Counted from the first letter of the stretch, positions 24,101-35,723 are shown. The stretch: 46,647 nucleotides of DNA from Thraustochytrium aureum (GCA_012862495.1 BLSG01000222.1:13102-59748), one strand, 5' to 3'. The notes: generated by a model from the letters alone, not told the origin. Numbers and translations are program-made.

Positions 24101-24477
24101 GGCACATCACTCGCGACGCTCCGATTCCTGGCACGCCCTTCTCGCTCTTTCACGGCTACCTGCCCGTGATTGACTCGTTCGGTTTCGAGACGGACTTGCG
24201 CGTCCACACGCGCGGTCAGGCTTTCGTGCACCAGGTCTTTGACCACTGGGACCTCGTTCCTGGCGACCCGCTCGACCAGAGCGTGGTGCTGCGTCCGCTC
24301 GAGCCGAGTCGCGAGCGTGAGCTTGCCCGTGAGTTCCTCGTGAAAACCCGTCGCCGCAAAGGGTTGCCGCAGGACGTCTCTGTGCACAAGTACTTTGCCG
24401 ACGACCCCGCCTTGCTGCGCGCCTTCCAGCTGCACCAGGCCGGCGCGCCCGCAGACAGTGACAGCGACCAAGACTAG
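21180..24477 (+). CDS. EFTUD2: U5 snRNP 116 kDa GTPase SNU114/EFTUD2 (two apparent frameshifts and a false gap)
   Basis: [93 protein letters not shown]. Frame changes near 21371-21379 and about 22622. Confidence 0.97.
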
Positions 24478-24922
24478 CCTAGCCGAGACCCAAGCCTAGC
24501 GGAGACTAGCGTCAGCCGCGCCCTTCCCTTTCCTCGCCGCGCGCTTGCACTTGTCTTGCATTCTCAGCCAACTCGAAGCGAGCCAGACAACAGAGCAGCA
24601 GCAAAGAGCAGCAAAGACCAGCAACAAAGAGCAGCGGGGCGCCTCCGCAAGCGAGCGGGCGTGGACGAGCCGTGGCCTTCCGGCGCGCACTCGGCTGCCG
24701 GCGGTGCCTCTCGCTTGGCTCGTGGGAGGTGAGAGTGAGATACTGCTGTTCATCAATCAATCAAAGTTGTCGGCAGCGCGCTGGCGTGACGAAGCGCTCG
24801 CTGCACTCACTGCGTTGTGGGTGGCGGCCGGCCGCTTGCCCTGCCCGGGCGGTCGGGACGCGCACAGCGACGCTGCTGTTCGTGCACCGCGGCGCGCACG
24901 GAGAGGAGAGGCGACGGCGAGG

Positions 24923-25238
24923 ATGACACAGGAGCGCGAGGACGAGCTATCGCAGCTCAGCAAGGCGTACAATAACTGTGTGCTGTCACACTGGAAGATG
25001 TGCGCAGGCGGCATTGCCTTAGGTGAGTTGGCCGGCGGAGAGTCGTGCATCGGGACTCGGTCAGCGCGGCCTGACTGACGCTGGTGTCGGCTTGCAGGGC
25101 TCCCAATGTCGATAAAAAACGCGGTCTCACCTGTATTGGGCCATCGGAGGGATCAGCGGGACGCTATTAGACTTTGCCAATGCGCTAGAGGACTGCAAAG
25201 AGCACGCCACCGCGCTGCGCAGCGCGCGGGGCAAGTAA
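24923..25238 (+). CDS. Small (~80 aa) two-helix membrane protein, spliced (intron 25023-25097), frameshifted in exon 2
   Basis: Exon 1 MTQEREDELSQLSKAYNNCVLSHWKMCAGGIAL; GTGAGT..CTGAC..TGCAG intron; exon 2 GLPMSIK then LYWAIGGISGTLLDFANALEDCKEH..GK* after an indel near 25114-25131. Confidence 0.65.
25023..25097 (+). other. Spliceosomal intron, 75 nt
   Basis: GTGAGT donor, CTGACTGAC branch-like site, TTGCAG acceptor; removal joins a Gly codon. Confidence 0.75.
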
Positions 25239-25562
25239 GGCCCGGTTCCCGCGAGATAGACAGGAGAACAAAAACGAGTGCGTCTTTCACAAGTGTTGCT
25301 GCCCGGATTCCATTGTCTCCTGCGGCGGGCTTCAGCAAGCCGAGCTGAAAGCCGGCGCGCGGTGTACTGGCTGAGGGGGCAACGCAAGCAGAGCACAGAG
25401 CTCGCGCGCGCCGGGTGCGCCTTCTGGGCCCCAGCAAGAAACTGGAAGCGCACCCGCAAGTTGGAGAACGCCACAGAGCGAGGTCTCTCTACTTTCATAG
25501 CAAGTTGCGCGGCATCCCTTTCTCAGGCTCTGCGCGCAAGAGAGCTAGCTAACTGCCTCTCT

Positions 25563-28500
25563 CTAGCCTAGAGAGGCCACGGCCTCGGGGCCCAGCGCCT
25601 GGCTCCAATCGTAGTGCGTCCCGCAGGCTGGACAGACCATGTCGTCGCAGCCGCCGTCCTTGACCGTTGCCGCATGGCACGAAGGGCAATACCGCACGGC
25701 ACTCGGTTCGGAGTGGTGGCCATTCACTAGACCATTCCCATGCCCGTTGGCAAGGCCCGCGTGCTCGACCGGCTCGTTGCCGGCCCTGGAAGCGCCGTCG
25801 CCTTGCTGCTGAGCGCTAGAAAACTTGTCGCGAAGTGCCTCATAGTGGCGGATCTCGTCCTCGGACACAGACGGCACCGTGTTGGCGAGCGACTCGAGAT
25901 AGTCGCATACCTTGACGGTCACCTCGAGGTCCTCCTCGGGCAGGCTTGCCAGGTACCGCCGAGCAGTGAGCGCCGGGTCGGCACGCTCTGCGATGTACTC
26001 TTGAATCTCGCGCACGCGCNNNNNNNNNNNNNNNNNNNNNNNNNNNNNNNNNNNNNNNNNNNNNNNNNNNNNNNNNNNNNNNNNNNNNNNNNNNNNNNNN
26101 NNNNNNNNNNNNNNNNNNNNNNNNNNNNNNNNNNNNNNNNNNNNNNNNNNNNNNNNNNNNNNNNNNNNNNNNNNNNNNNNNNNNNNNNNNNNNNNNNNNN
26201 NNNNNNNNNNNNNNNNNNNNNNNNNNNNNNNNNNNNNNNNNNNNNNNNNNNNNNNNNNNNNNNNNNNNNNNNNNNNNNNNNNNNNNNNNNNNNNTTCGCC
26301 ATCGCGCCAGAGCACAGCGCGTAAAAGTCGGCCCCGGTCATGTTGAAGGGGCAACGCGCCAGAATAGCACCCAAGTCCACTTCGGGGTCGTGCTTGAACT
26401 TGCGCGAAAGCGCCTTGACGATCTTGAGCTGGGCGTCGCGGTCGCGGCAGATGCCAAGGTAGATGAGGCGGTCGAAGCGGCCGGGCCGCAGCAGGCTCTG
26501 GTCCAGCAGGTCGGGCCGGTTCGTGGCCCCGATTACAAACACGTCCGAGTTGCCCTGCATCCCGTCGATCTCGGTCAGGAGCTGCGAGACGACCCTGTCC
26601 ATGACCCCGCCCGAGTCGGCGCCGCGGCCTCGCTGCGGGGCGAGCGAGTCGAGCTCGTCGAAGAACAGCACACACGGCTTGGCGCTCCGCGCGGTCTCGA
26701 ATACCTGGCGCACTTTGCGCTCGCTCTCGCCAATGTACATGTCAAGCAGCTCGGGCCCTTTCACGGAGATAAAGTTGAGGTTGCACTCGGTCGCGACGGC
26801 TTTTGCGAGGAGCGTTTTGCCCGTCCCTGGCGGGCCGTAGAGCAGGATGCCGCTGCGCTGGCGCACACCATTCGCAAAGAGCTCGGGGTGCTTTAGCGGC
26901 AGCTCCACCATGTCCATGATTTCGTCCTTGGCGTGGCCGAGCCCGCCCACGTCCTTCCAATACACTTGAGGGATCTTTGGCGCGCCGATGTCCATCGCTG
27001 CGGCGCTTGGAAGGTCTTCCAAGGCCTCGTCCAAGACTTGCTGACTCAGCGTGAGCGGGGCCAGGTCCTCGGGGGCGGCCTTGGACCTCTTCCTCCTCCT
27101 CGGCCGCCAACGAGGCTTGGAGCTCGCCGTTGACAATGCCGGACCAGGCCTGCTCGAGCGCCGCAGACTCTGCCGCAGCGCCGAGGCCCTTCGGCTGCCC
27201 TCCCTCCCGCTTCTTCCTTATCGCGAGGCAGGCGGCGTTGGCGAAGAGCGCACGTAGTTCCACGGCGGTGCGCCCTGCGGTCCGCGTCGCGAGCGAGTCG
27301 AGGTCGACCTCGTCGCCGAGACGCATGCGGCCGGCAGTCAGGAGCTGGAGGATTGCCAGGCGGCCGCCCTTGTCCGGGGCGGGGATGGCGACCTCGTGCG
27401 TAAAGCAGCCGCGCACCAGCGAGGGGACGTCGTCAGCGCTCTGCGAGCTGCCGATTAGGATGACATTTCGGTGCGCGAACGCCTTGAGCGTGTCCGCTAC
27501 TTGCTCTGGGTCGTTTGGCCGTTCCGAGCCAGCGGCGACGGGCGCGAGGGCCTGGAGGTGGCGCAGGTGGATGATGCAGGGCGCCACCTGCGCGCCTTCG
27601 GTCAAGATATGGCGCAGCTTTTTGGCCGCGCGATCCTCCGGAAGGCCGCGCAGCGGCGTCAGCGAGGCCTCGTGCACATGGAAGCCCAACTTTCTCGCGG
27701 CCGCATCTACCATGTGGCGCTTCCCGGTGCCCTTGCCGCCGTGCAAGAGCACGGAGAACTTGCCAGGGCGCCCAGGACGCGCGGGCTAGCGCCGACGGTG
27801 AGAACGTCGAGCAAGTCGCGGTGGGCGGCGCTNNNNNNNNNNNNNNNNNNNNNNNNNNNNNNNNNNNNNNNNNNNNNNNNNNNNNNNNNNNNNNNNNNNN
27901 NNNNNNNNNNNNNNNNNNNNNNNNNNNNNNNNNNNNNNNNNNNNNNNNNNNNNNNNNNNNNNNNNNNNNNNNNNNNNNNNNNNNNNNNNNNNNGCCGCCG
28001 ACCCGTCTACCACCATCCCCTCCTCGGGATCGCCGTTGCGCCAAGCGGCGGCGGCGCTATCGTCTGCGTCCTCGCCGGACGGCTCGACCCCGCTGAGCTC
28101 TGTCACCTGGAAAAACACGACCTTGTGGGGGACGGGCAAGGCACCCCCGTCTCGTCCCACGAGGCGGTCTGCGACTGCTGGCCCGCAGGCCTCCTCGTCC
28201 TCGTCGTCGGCGGCTGAGAACCCTTGGCCGGCCCGCCCAACGCGCGGGCTTGGGACCTTGCCGGCCGCCAGAGCCGGAGCGGTGGGCTCCGCGGCTCCAG
28301 CGGCACTCGTCCCGGCCGCGCCGCCAGGGACCAGGTCTTCGATCTCGTCGAGGTCGTCGTCCTCCAGCTCGCTCTCGTCGCCGGCGCTGCCGCCGCCGCA
28401 GCTCTCGAGCGCCATTTTCACCTGAACGGGGATCGCGATGACGTCCTTGCGTCGCAGCATGCGCGGAACCTTGAAAAAGTCGCGAAGAGCGGCGCCGTAC

Positions 28501-28925
28501 TCGGCGTGCCCGCTCGACTCTGGGCTCCGCACGCGTGCGATCGTGACGCGTGCGGCGGTTGGCGGCCTGCCGCTATCGAAGTGGCGAGCACGGACCTGGG
28601 CCTCGCCGCCGCTCCTGAGGCCGAGGTTGAACGCAGTCAGCGGGTTGACGTAGAGCGCCATGTCGCTGGGGTCGATGTCGCGGCACTCGACAAGGCGCAA
28701 CAGCGCCGCGGGGCGCCTCGGCCCCGCGCCCGAGACTTGCACCCATGAAAAGTTGAGCGCGCCAACCTTGCGCAGCACGCCCAGCGACACAAACGCGCAG
28801 GCCAGATCATCCGCAAGCTTGGGCAGCGCGGCGCTCTTCGCCCTCGCGAGCACTCGGACCCGGAGGCCGCAGCTCGCGGGCTCCTCGTCCCCAGGAGCGC
28901 GGCACACCTTGGAGAGCAGCAGCAT
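25563..28925 (-). CDS. PEX6: Peroxisomal AAA+ ATPase PEX6 with C-terminal Cys-finger extension (two gaps, two frameshifts)
   Basis: D1 [11 protein letters not shown] with degenerate Walker [92 protein letters not shown]. Indels at about 27083 and 27772. Confidence 0.95.
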
Positions 28926-29246
28926 CCTCGACCCACGACGCCAAGCCCGATTCGGCGCGCCCGGGTGCGCCGCCAAGCCCGGCTCGCGGCCGATCCCGCC
29001 CCGGCCGCCACGCCCGTCGAGCCTTCCCTGCGCCGTTGCGATCAAGCTCGCCCGCCTGCTCCTCGCCCGAGCCACGCCCACAACGATACCGTTCTGCTGC
29101 CTGCTCGTCCGCACGACCCCGCCCACCAGCATGATCCCATCTGCCCCGTTCTCGCTGCAGCGCCTCCTCACAACACAGCAGGTTCCCCTCCGCCCCGCCC
29201 CCTCACAGACCGCCCTGGGTTACTGCTTTTTCCCATCGGAAAACGA

Positions 29247-29721
29247 GGATTCAAGTGGCGCGCGGGTGCCCCTTGAGAGTTAATTCCAGTGACTGGGCCA
29301 GGTTGGGGGGACGGGGAAGCGAAATAAATTCAATACTCGGTCAAGAGGGGGAATTCAAGTGGCAGTTCTGTGCAAAGACAACAAATGTAAACTTATGTTC
29401 GACCTGTTGCGTTCCGCACACACCCACGTACAAATAATAGTCGGCTATTGGAATTCAAGTGGCTCCCCAAAACAACCACTCAGGCCTTCCGTCCGCCCCT
29501 TATTCTCCCCGGATTCAAGTGGCTTTTACCTTGTCCGAATCGCCCCCCGCAGCACAGCGTGCAAAGCACCTCGTGATTCGAGTGACGCATCTCCTCCCTC
29601 CCCACATCCGCCACTGAGATCCTCCTCCCTCCCCCCTCCACGGCATCGCAGGGACTCACTTGAATTCGTCCCGCTGTCCCGCATTGAGCCCCGTTCGCAT
29701 CGGCCTCGGCCACACGAATTC
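29247..29721. promoter_or_regulatory. Cluster of 13-bp motif GRATTCAAGTGRC in the divergent intergenic region
   Basis: GRATTCAAGTGGC at 29247, 29351, 29451, 29511; variants at about 29281 and 29574; reverse-strand copies at 29655-29667 and 29709-29721. Regulatory role is inference. Confidence 0.6.
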
Positions 29722-29880
29722 CCCGCCTTCTCGCCGCTCTCAGCAAAGCGCCACTGGTACTGGTGCTCGACGCACCAATGCGCGAGTGCCATTGCCCACT
29801 TGGAGCGGGGTTGGCGCAGGCCGCGGCGGAGAGGCAGGAAGGGCTCGCTCGCTCGAGGGCCGCGGGATCGAGGAGCGCGA

Positions 29881-29910
29881 CCGATAGGTACTGCCCCGAT
29901 AGGTACTGCC
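29881..29910. repeat. Exact 15-bp tandem duplication ccgataggtactgcc
   Basis: Two adjacent identical copies, 29881-29895 and 29896-29910. Confidence 0.9.
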
Positions 29911-29962
29911 TGCCTCGGGAGACAGGCCGGCAGACGGACGGCTTCGGCACGGGCAGGCGGAG

Positions 29963-31218
29963 ATGCTGGCTGCCACGGCTCGAAACGCCGCGCGGGTCAG
30001 CCGACCTCGGCCTGCTGCTGGTGCTGTTGGTGCTGGGCTTGCTTCTGCTGCTGCGGGCGATGGGCGAGCGGCTGGAGGATGGCGGAGCGCGCGAGTGGCG
30101 ATGCGGAGGGCGGCGACGCACGGGTGGGCACTGGAGAGGGCCCGCGCGGTGGGGCTGGGAAGGCGGTGGATGAGCGCGGGGGGTGCGGCTGCCGGCGAAC
30201 CGGCGAAGGCGCAGGCCGAACAGGGCGCAGACGGGGCTGGCAAGAAGGAGGGCGGCGGGGGCGTGCCGTGGGGGCTTTTGTTCGTGGTGGCGTTTATTGG
30301 GTCGATCGCAGGTTACTTTTATCGTGGGCGGCGCAACCAAAACGCGATAAAAGCGCTTCAGATCAAGCTCGAAGAGGACGCCGCGCTCTCGTCAGAGGAA
30401 GTAGAGGAGATCCGCGAGTCCAACAACGTTCGCGCGGAGCACTTTGACCTTGTGCGGCAGCGCGCATACGCCCGTTTCCCAGAGGGGAAGGCGCGACCGC
30501 TCGAGTTTTTCAAGTTGCCGCCAAGATGGTGAACCCGGACGTCGGCGCGTTCTACTCGGCGCACCTGTTCGACCGCATGAGCGCCAAGCTTTCTCAGGTC
30601 CAAGAGTTTTGGGACATCCAAGTCCTGTTGACGGCGCTGACGATGACCGTCGACTCCCGATCGAAGATCGAATGGACCTCCTGTTTCGCGTGTACACGCA
30701 GGGCGGGCGGCTCGGGAAGACGGGCGAGGCGCGCATGACACCAGCGCAGCTAGAGGCGGCCGTTTGCGGGTCTCATGGCGACGTGGCAGCTCCCTGTGCG
30801 GTGCATGTCCCGCGAAATCAGCCAGTACCCCTGGAACCTCTATGTAAAGTCAACGCCCTCCTTCCTCGTGACGCGCAGCGTGGAGGAGGTCAACACGAAG
30901 CGCAAGAAGAAAAAGACGCTCGAAGGGTACGAGACGGAGATGGTAGACAAGCTCAAAGCCGAGCTCGCCTTCACGGACAAGGTAGACGCGCTCGCGCGCA
31001 AGGCGGAGGCGGCCGTAGCGCCGGCGGAAGCCGCTCAGCTCGAATCTGAGGCCGCCAAGCTCGAAGCGCCGCCGCCGCTCGAACAGGACCCTTTGTGGAC
31101 CTTTGCCGACTTCCAGGACATTCTGTACACGAAGGCGGTGTGCGCCTGGGGCGAGTGCCACGCCCAGGCGGAGCGCGAAGAGGCAGAGCGGCTGAGCAAG
31201 AGCAAGCTGGTTTCTTGA
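29963..31218 (+). CDS. Mitochondrial-type single-pass membrane protein with degenerate EF-hand-like region (three 1-nt indels)
   Basis: Presequence-like MLAATARNAARVSR..RRWMS; TM WGLLFVVAFIGSIAGYFY; four overlapping ORF pieces join by single indels at 30515, 30656, 30763. Confidence 0.7.
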
Positions 31219-32094
31219 NNNNNNNNNNNNNNNNNNNNNNNNNNNNNNNNNNNNNNNNNNNNNNNNNNNNNNNNNNNNNNNNNNNNNNNNNNNNNNNNNN
31301 NNNNNNNNNNNNNNNNNNNNNNNNNNNNNNNNNNNNNNNNNNNNNNNNNNNNNNNNNNNNNNNNNNNNNNNNNNNNNNNNNNNNNNNNNNNNNNNNNNNN
31401 NNNNNNNNNNNNNNNNNNNNNNNNNNNNNNNNNNNNNNNNNNNNNNNNNNNNNNNNNNNNNNNNNNNNNNNNNNNNNNNNNNNNNNNNNNNNNNNNNNNN
31501 NNNNNNNNNNNNNNNNNNNNNNNNNNNNNNNNNNNNNNNNNNNNNNNNNNNNNNNNNNNNNNNNNNNNNNNNNNNNNNNNNNNNNNNNNNNNNNNNNNNN
31601 NNNNNNNNNNNNNNNNNNNNNNNNNNNNNNNNNNNNNNNNNNNNNNNNNNNNNNNNNNNNNNNNNNNNNNNNNNNNNNNNNNNNNNNNNNNNNNNNNNNN
31701 NNNNNNNNNNNNNNNNNNNNNNNNNNNNNNNNNNNNNNNNNNNNNNNNNNNNNNNNNNNNNNNNNNNNNNNNNNNNNNNNNNNNNNNNNNNNNNNNNNNN
31801 NNGCTGCCTGCGCGCAGCCACTGCGTGCGAGCTGAAGGCCTGCCGCACTATCCCAGCCGGACTTTAGCTGTCAACGCGCTTCGCCCCGGGCTGGTTGGTG
31901 CACAGCGTCGTCTGCGCGCGCGAAGCGTCCACCGCGCACCAACGGTAAACTCCATCTCAAAGGTCGGACACTTGAAAAAGAAAAGGGCAACACAGGGCAA
32001 CGATGACAACGGTACTCCCAACTGCAAGTAGAAGTAATAGATTGAACTGACGCCGCCCACCTGCACCCTACCTACAGAGTGACGAGTACAGACG

Positions 32095-32166
32095 CGAGCA
32101 ACCTGAGCTCAGCAGCAGAGTTCGAGCAACCTGAGCTCAGCAGCAGAGTTCGAGCAACCTGAGCTC
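32095..32166. repeat. 28-bp minisatellite, about 2.6 copies plus a degenerate tail
   Basis: cgagcaacctgagctcagcagcagagtt at 32095 and 32123, partial at 32151. Confidence 0.9.
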
Positions 32167-32315
32167 GCGTTTCAGAGTCCGAGCAATCGCGTTTCTGAGC
32201 AGCAAAAGCTCAAAGCCAGACGCGATCGGTGGAGGAATTGGTTTGTTGTAATTTCTCGCGAGCCGAGTCTAGCAAGCGCGAACCTCCCATTGTCCGAAGA
32301 TGGCGCAGACAAGCT

Positions 32316-34171
32316 CTAGGGCGACCAAGCCTTTCGCACAAAAGAAAATCCGTCGTAGTATGCAACAGCGCCCTCCGTCTCGCTGTCCTCAGCAGCAGGA
32401 CGCGTGCCAGCAACAGCGTCATCCATGCCGCCGCTGCTGCCACCCGAAGCAAACTCGATCCGCTCCGTGCGAGCATGCTGTTGGTGCTCACATTGCTGGT
32501 GCTGAAGCGGGGCTGCTGGCCCCTGGGCGGGCGGGACTGGTGCTTCGCTCGAGCACGACAGGCTTGCATCGCCGCCACATGGCAATCCCGGCCCAGAGTC
32601 TACAAATGCCCAAGGGTCGCTGCCGTCCTCGTCGCCATCTCCAATAGGGAGAGAAGTAAAGACAGCGTCAAAGTTGGACGTGTCCAGCACGGCGACGTCT
32701 GAAGGGCAGCTCGACGGGGTGCCGTCGACTGCGGGCGCGGCGAGGGGCGGCTTGAAACCTGGCTCGATCTGCTTTGAGAGAACACGGTCCCAGTCCAGAG
32801 TGTCGAAAAAGACGTGTGCCTTGAGCTTTGCGAAGCCCCCCGGCCGGCCCCGAGGCGGGTGTGCGGGTCGCGGATGAGCAGGCCCGAGATGAGGCTCTGC
32901 GCGTTGTCGGAAAGGCCCGGCGGGAAGCTGAGTGGCGCCGTGCGCAGACGGTAGAATAGTTTCCTCTTGTTGCGCGTGTACCAAGGCGGAAGTCCCGTCA
33001 GCATCTCGTACAGCACCATGCCAAGACCCCAAAAGTCTACCGCCTTGCCATGGCCCTTGCGCGCCAGTACCTCCGGCGCCAAGTACTCTGGCGTCCCGCA
33101 GAACGAGTGCGCTCCTGCAGCGTCCTCCTCGATCCCATCTTTGGAAAGCCCAAAGTCGATGAGTTTGATGTGGCCCTCGGCATCGAAAAGGAGGTTTTCT
33201 GGCTTGAGATCGCGGAAAACGACGTTGAGGCCGTGCAGGTGCTCCAGCGCCAGCACGATCTCCGCGGCCCAGAGCATGACCCACTCCTCCGGGAAGCGAG
33301 TGTGCTTTCCCAGGTGAAAGAAGAGCTCACCCCCGGGGACGTACTCGAGGACCATGAAGAGGTGCGATTGCGACTGAAACGCGAAGAAGAGGTCGACGAT
33401 GAACGGGTGGTCGGTGCGCTCCATGACGCGCCGCTCCGTCTTGGTGTGCTCGATTTGCTTGCGTTTGCGGATGTTTGCCTTGCGCAGTATCTTCATGGCG
33501 TACAGCTTTTGCGTCTGGCGGCGCCGCACCACTACCACCTTTCCGAAAGATCCCTTGCCAATCACGCGGAGGGGCTCAAAGTCCTGGATGGCCACTCGCC
33601 GCTCGTCGCTCGTCGTCCCCGGCAGGCTCGCCAGGGACCCCGCCGAGCGCGGCTTGCGGTGGCTGAGGCTGGCCCTGCGCTTGGCGCCTTCTTCGCTGCT
33701 TGAGCCCGACTTGTACTCGTCCAGGAACTCGTCGTCACACGACTCGCGACTTGCAATTTGCGTGAGCGTGATCGGAATGTGGCGCGGCAAGGAATCTGGG
33801 CAGGGGCTGAGGAATTCGTCTACGAGATCCTTCCCTTTCAGCGCGTGCCGCTGTGCCACGATGCCGGCCAGCCACTCGTCGAGTCCGGCCTGTCGCGCGT
33901 CCAAAAAGGCAGGATCCATTGTCCCGAGGAGCTTTCGCGGCGGGAAAGGTGGGAGCGCGGCGTACCCGTTGGCCTTGCCAAGTTCACCGTGCAGCATGCG
34001 AAACTCGGAGTACCGCCTCCACGCGGTCCAGCGCGCCTTGACAGTGCCTGGCTGCAGCTCCTTCTCGCTTTCGGCGTCGCACGGCGCGCCCCGCTCAGCG
34101 CCTCCGGCCCCACCGGGCGCCGCTGCATTGCACGTCGATGCGGTCGCCGCGGCGGCGCTAGCATGCACCTC
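32316..34171 (-). CDS. PX-domain AGC kinase (SGK3/Ypk/S6K-like); 5' end in gap; frameshift about 32836-32845
   Basis: PX: WRRYSEFRMLH..LPPFPPRKLLG..FLDARQAGLDEWL; kinase VIGKGSFGKV, YAMKIL, FRDLKPEN, DFGLSK, SFCGTPEYLAPE; tail NFDAVFT and hydrophobic motif YDGFSF. Confidence 0.93.
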
Positions 34172-34994
34172 NNNNNNNNNNNNNNNNNNNNNNNNNNNNN
34201 NNNNNNNNNNNNNNNNNNNNNNNNNNNNNNNNNNNNNNNNNNNNNNNNNNNNNNNNNNNNNNNNNNNNNNNNNNNNNNNNNNNNNNNNNNNNNNNNNNNN
34301 NNNNNNNNNNNNNNNNNNNNNNNNNNNNNNNNNNNNNNNNNNNNNNNNNNNNNNNNNNNNNNNNNNNNNNNNNNNNNNNNNNNNNNNNNNNNNNNNNNNN
34401 NNNNNNNNNNNNNNNNNNNNNNNNNNNNNNNNNNNNNNNNNNNNNNNNNNNNNNNNNNNNNNNNNNNNNNNNNNNNNNNNNNNNNNNNNNNNNNNNNNNN
34501 NNNNNNNNNNNNNNNNNNNNNNNNNNNNNNNNNNNNNNNNNNNNNNNNNNNNNNNNNNNNNNNNNNNNNNNNNNNNNNNNNNNNNNNNNNNNNNNNNNNN
34601 NNNNNNNNNNNNNNNNNNNNNNNNNNNNNNNNNNNNNNNNNNNNNNNNNNNNNNNNNNNNNNNNNNNNNNNNNNNNNNNNNNNNNNNNNNNNNNNNNNNN
34701 NNNNNNNNNNNNNNNNNNNNNNNNNNNNNNNNNNNNNNNNNNNNNNNNNNNNNNNNNNNNNNNNNNNNNNNNNNNNNNNNNNNNNNNNNNNNNNNNNNNN
34801 NNNNNNNNNNNNNNNNNNNNNNNNNNNNNNNNNNNNNNNNNNNNNNNNNNNNNNNNNNNNNNNNNNNNNNNNNNNNNNNNNNNNNNNNNNNNNNNNNNNN
34901 NNNNGGTGATGTCAAGTGGAAGGAGATTCGATACTCGTAGGTATTTCATGAACAGCGTTGCTGTTTTTCGAGTGCCGCGGTTGCGGTCTCATCA

Positions 34995-35722
34995 TCACCT
35001 GATCGCCTGGCGAGGGAGGAAGAGGTCTGGCCGCACCTCTTCGAAGGCCGAGCCCACGGCGAGGTCGCGCACAAAGGCCCGGACGCGCTTGCCGGTGCGC
35101 TCTACCTCCGTCTCGGAGGCGGCGATCGCGCGTACCGTGACCAGCAGGGGGGACTCGTCCACGGTCTGTGCGCCAACAGGCACGACAAAGGTCTCCGAGC
35201 CGAACGATTTGGTGAGCCGGAACATCTCAATCTCAACGCCATCGCGCGTGAGCAGCCGCTCCCCGGTGAAGCTCGTCTCGAAGCGCTTGACAAAAACCCC
35301 ATCGCCCTAAAAACTCGACGAGCTGTCCGGTGACGGGGATGCGCGTTATGCTACGCACGCCCGTGTCCGTGGCCGCATCATCGCCTTGTTGAACAGGCCG
35401 AGCTGGACGACCTCCATGCGCTCCCCGAGCGCAGCTCCGCGCAGCTCTGGCACGTTGCCCGCTGCGCAGACCTTTGTCGTGCCGCCCACGACAACCGTGT
35501 CGCCCCGCACGACCCTCGTGCGGACCTCGTGAGACGGCGACACGCCACCTGTCGAGCTCCTCTCCTGGCTGCGTCGGTAGGTGGCCTCCTGCACCTCGAC
35601 CTTGGCCACGCGGAGGCAGCCGTCGTCGCACAGCGCGTGAACCCTGTTGCGCAGCCCTTCGGCGTCATTCATCGCCACTCCATACACGACGCATTCGTAC
35701 TCCCTCCCCGGCCCTGCGCCAT
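34995..35722 (-). CDS. MED18: Mediator subunit 18 (fragmented by indels; start uncertain)
   Basis: Joined frames give ECVVYG..EGLRNRVHALC...VRSITRIPVTGQLVEFLG.MGF..RFE...VEIEMFRL...LLVTVRA...VRAFVRDL, matching the motif order of Med18/Srb5. Confidence 0.75.
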
Positions 35723-35723
35723 G

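Noticed and set aside
11339..28925. UBE4 and PEX6 as a ubiquitin-pathway gene cluster
   Set aside because: Separated by unrelated genes; no evidence of functional clustering.
32095..32200. 28-bp repeats as a CRISPR array
   Set aside because: Head-to-tail with no unique spacers; an ordinary minisatellite.
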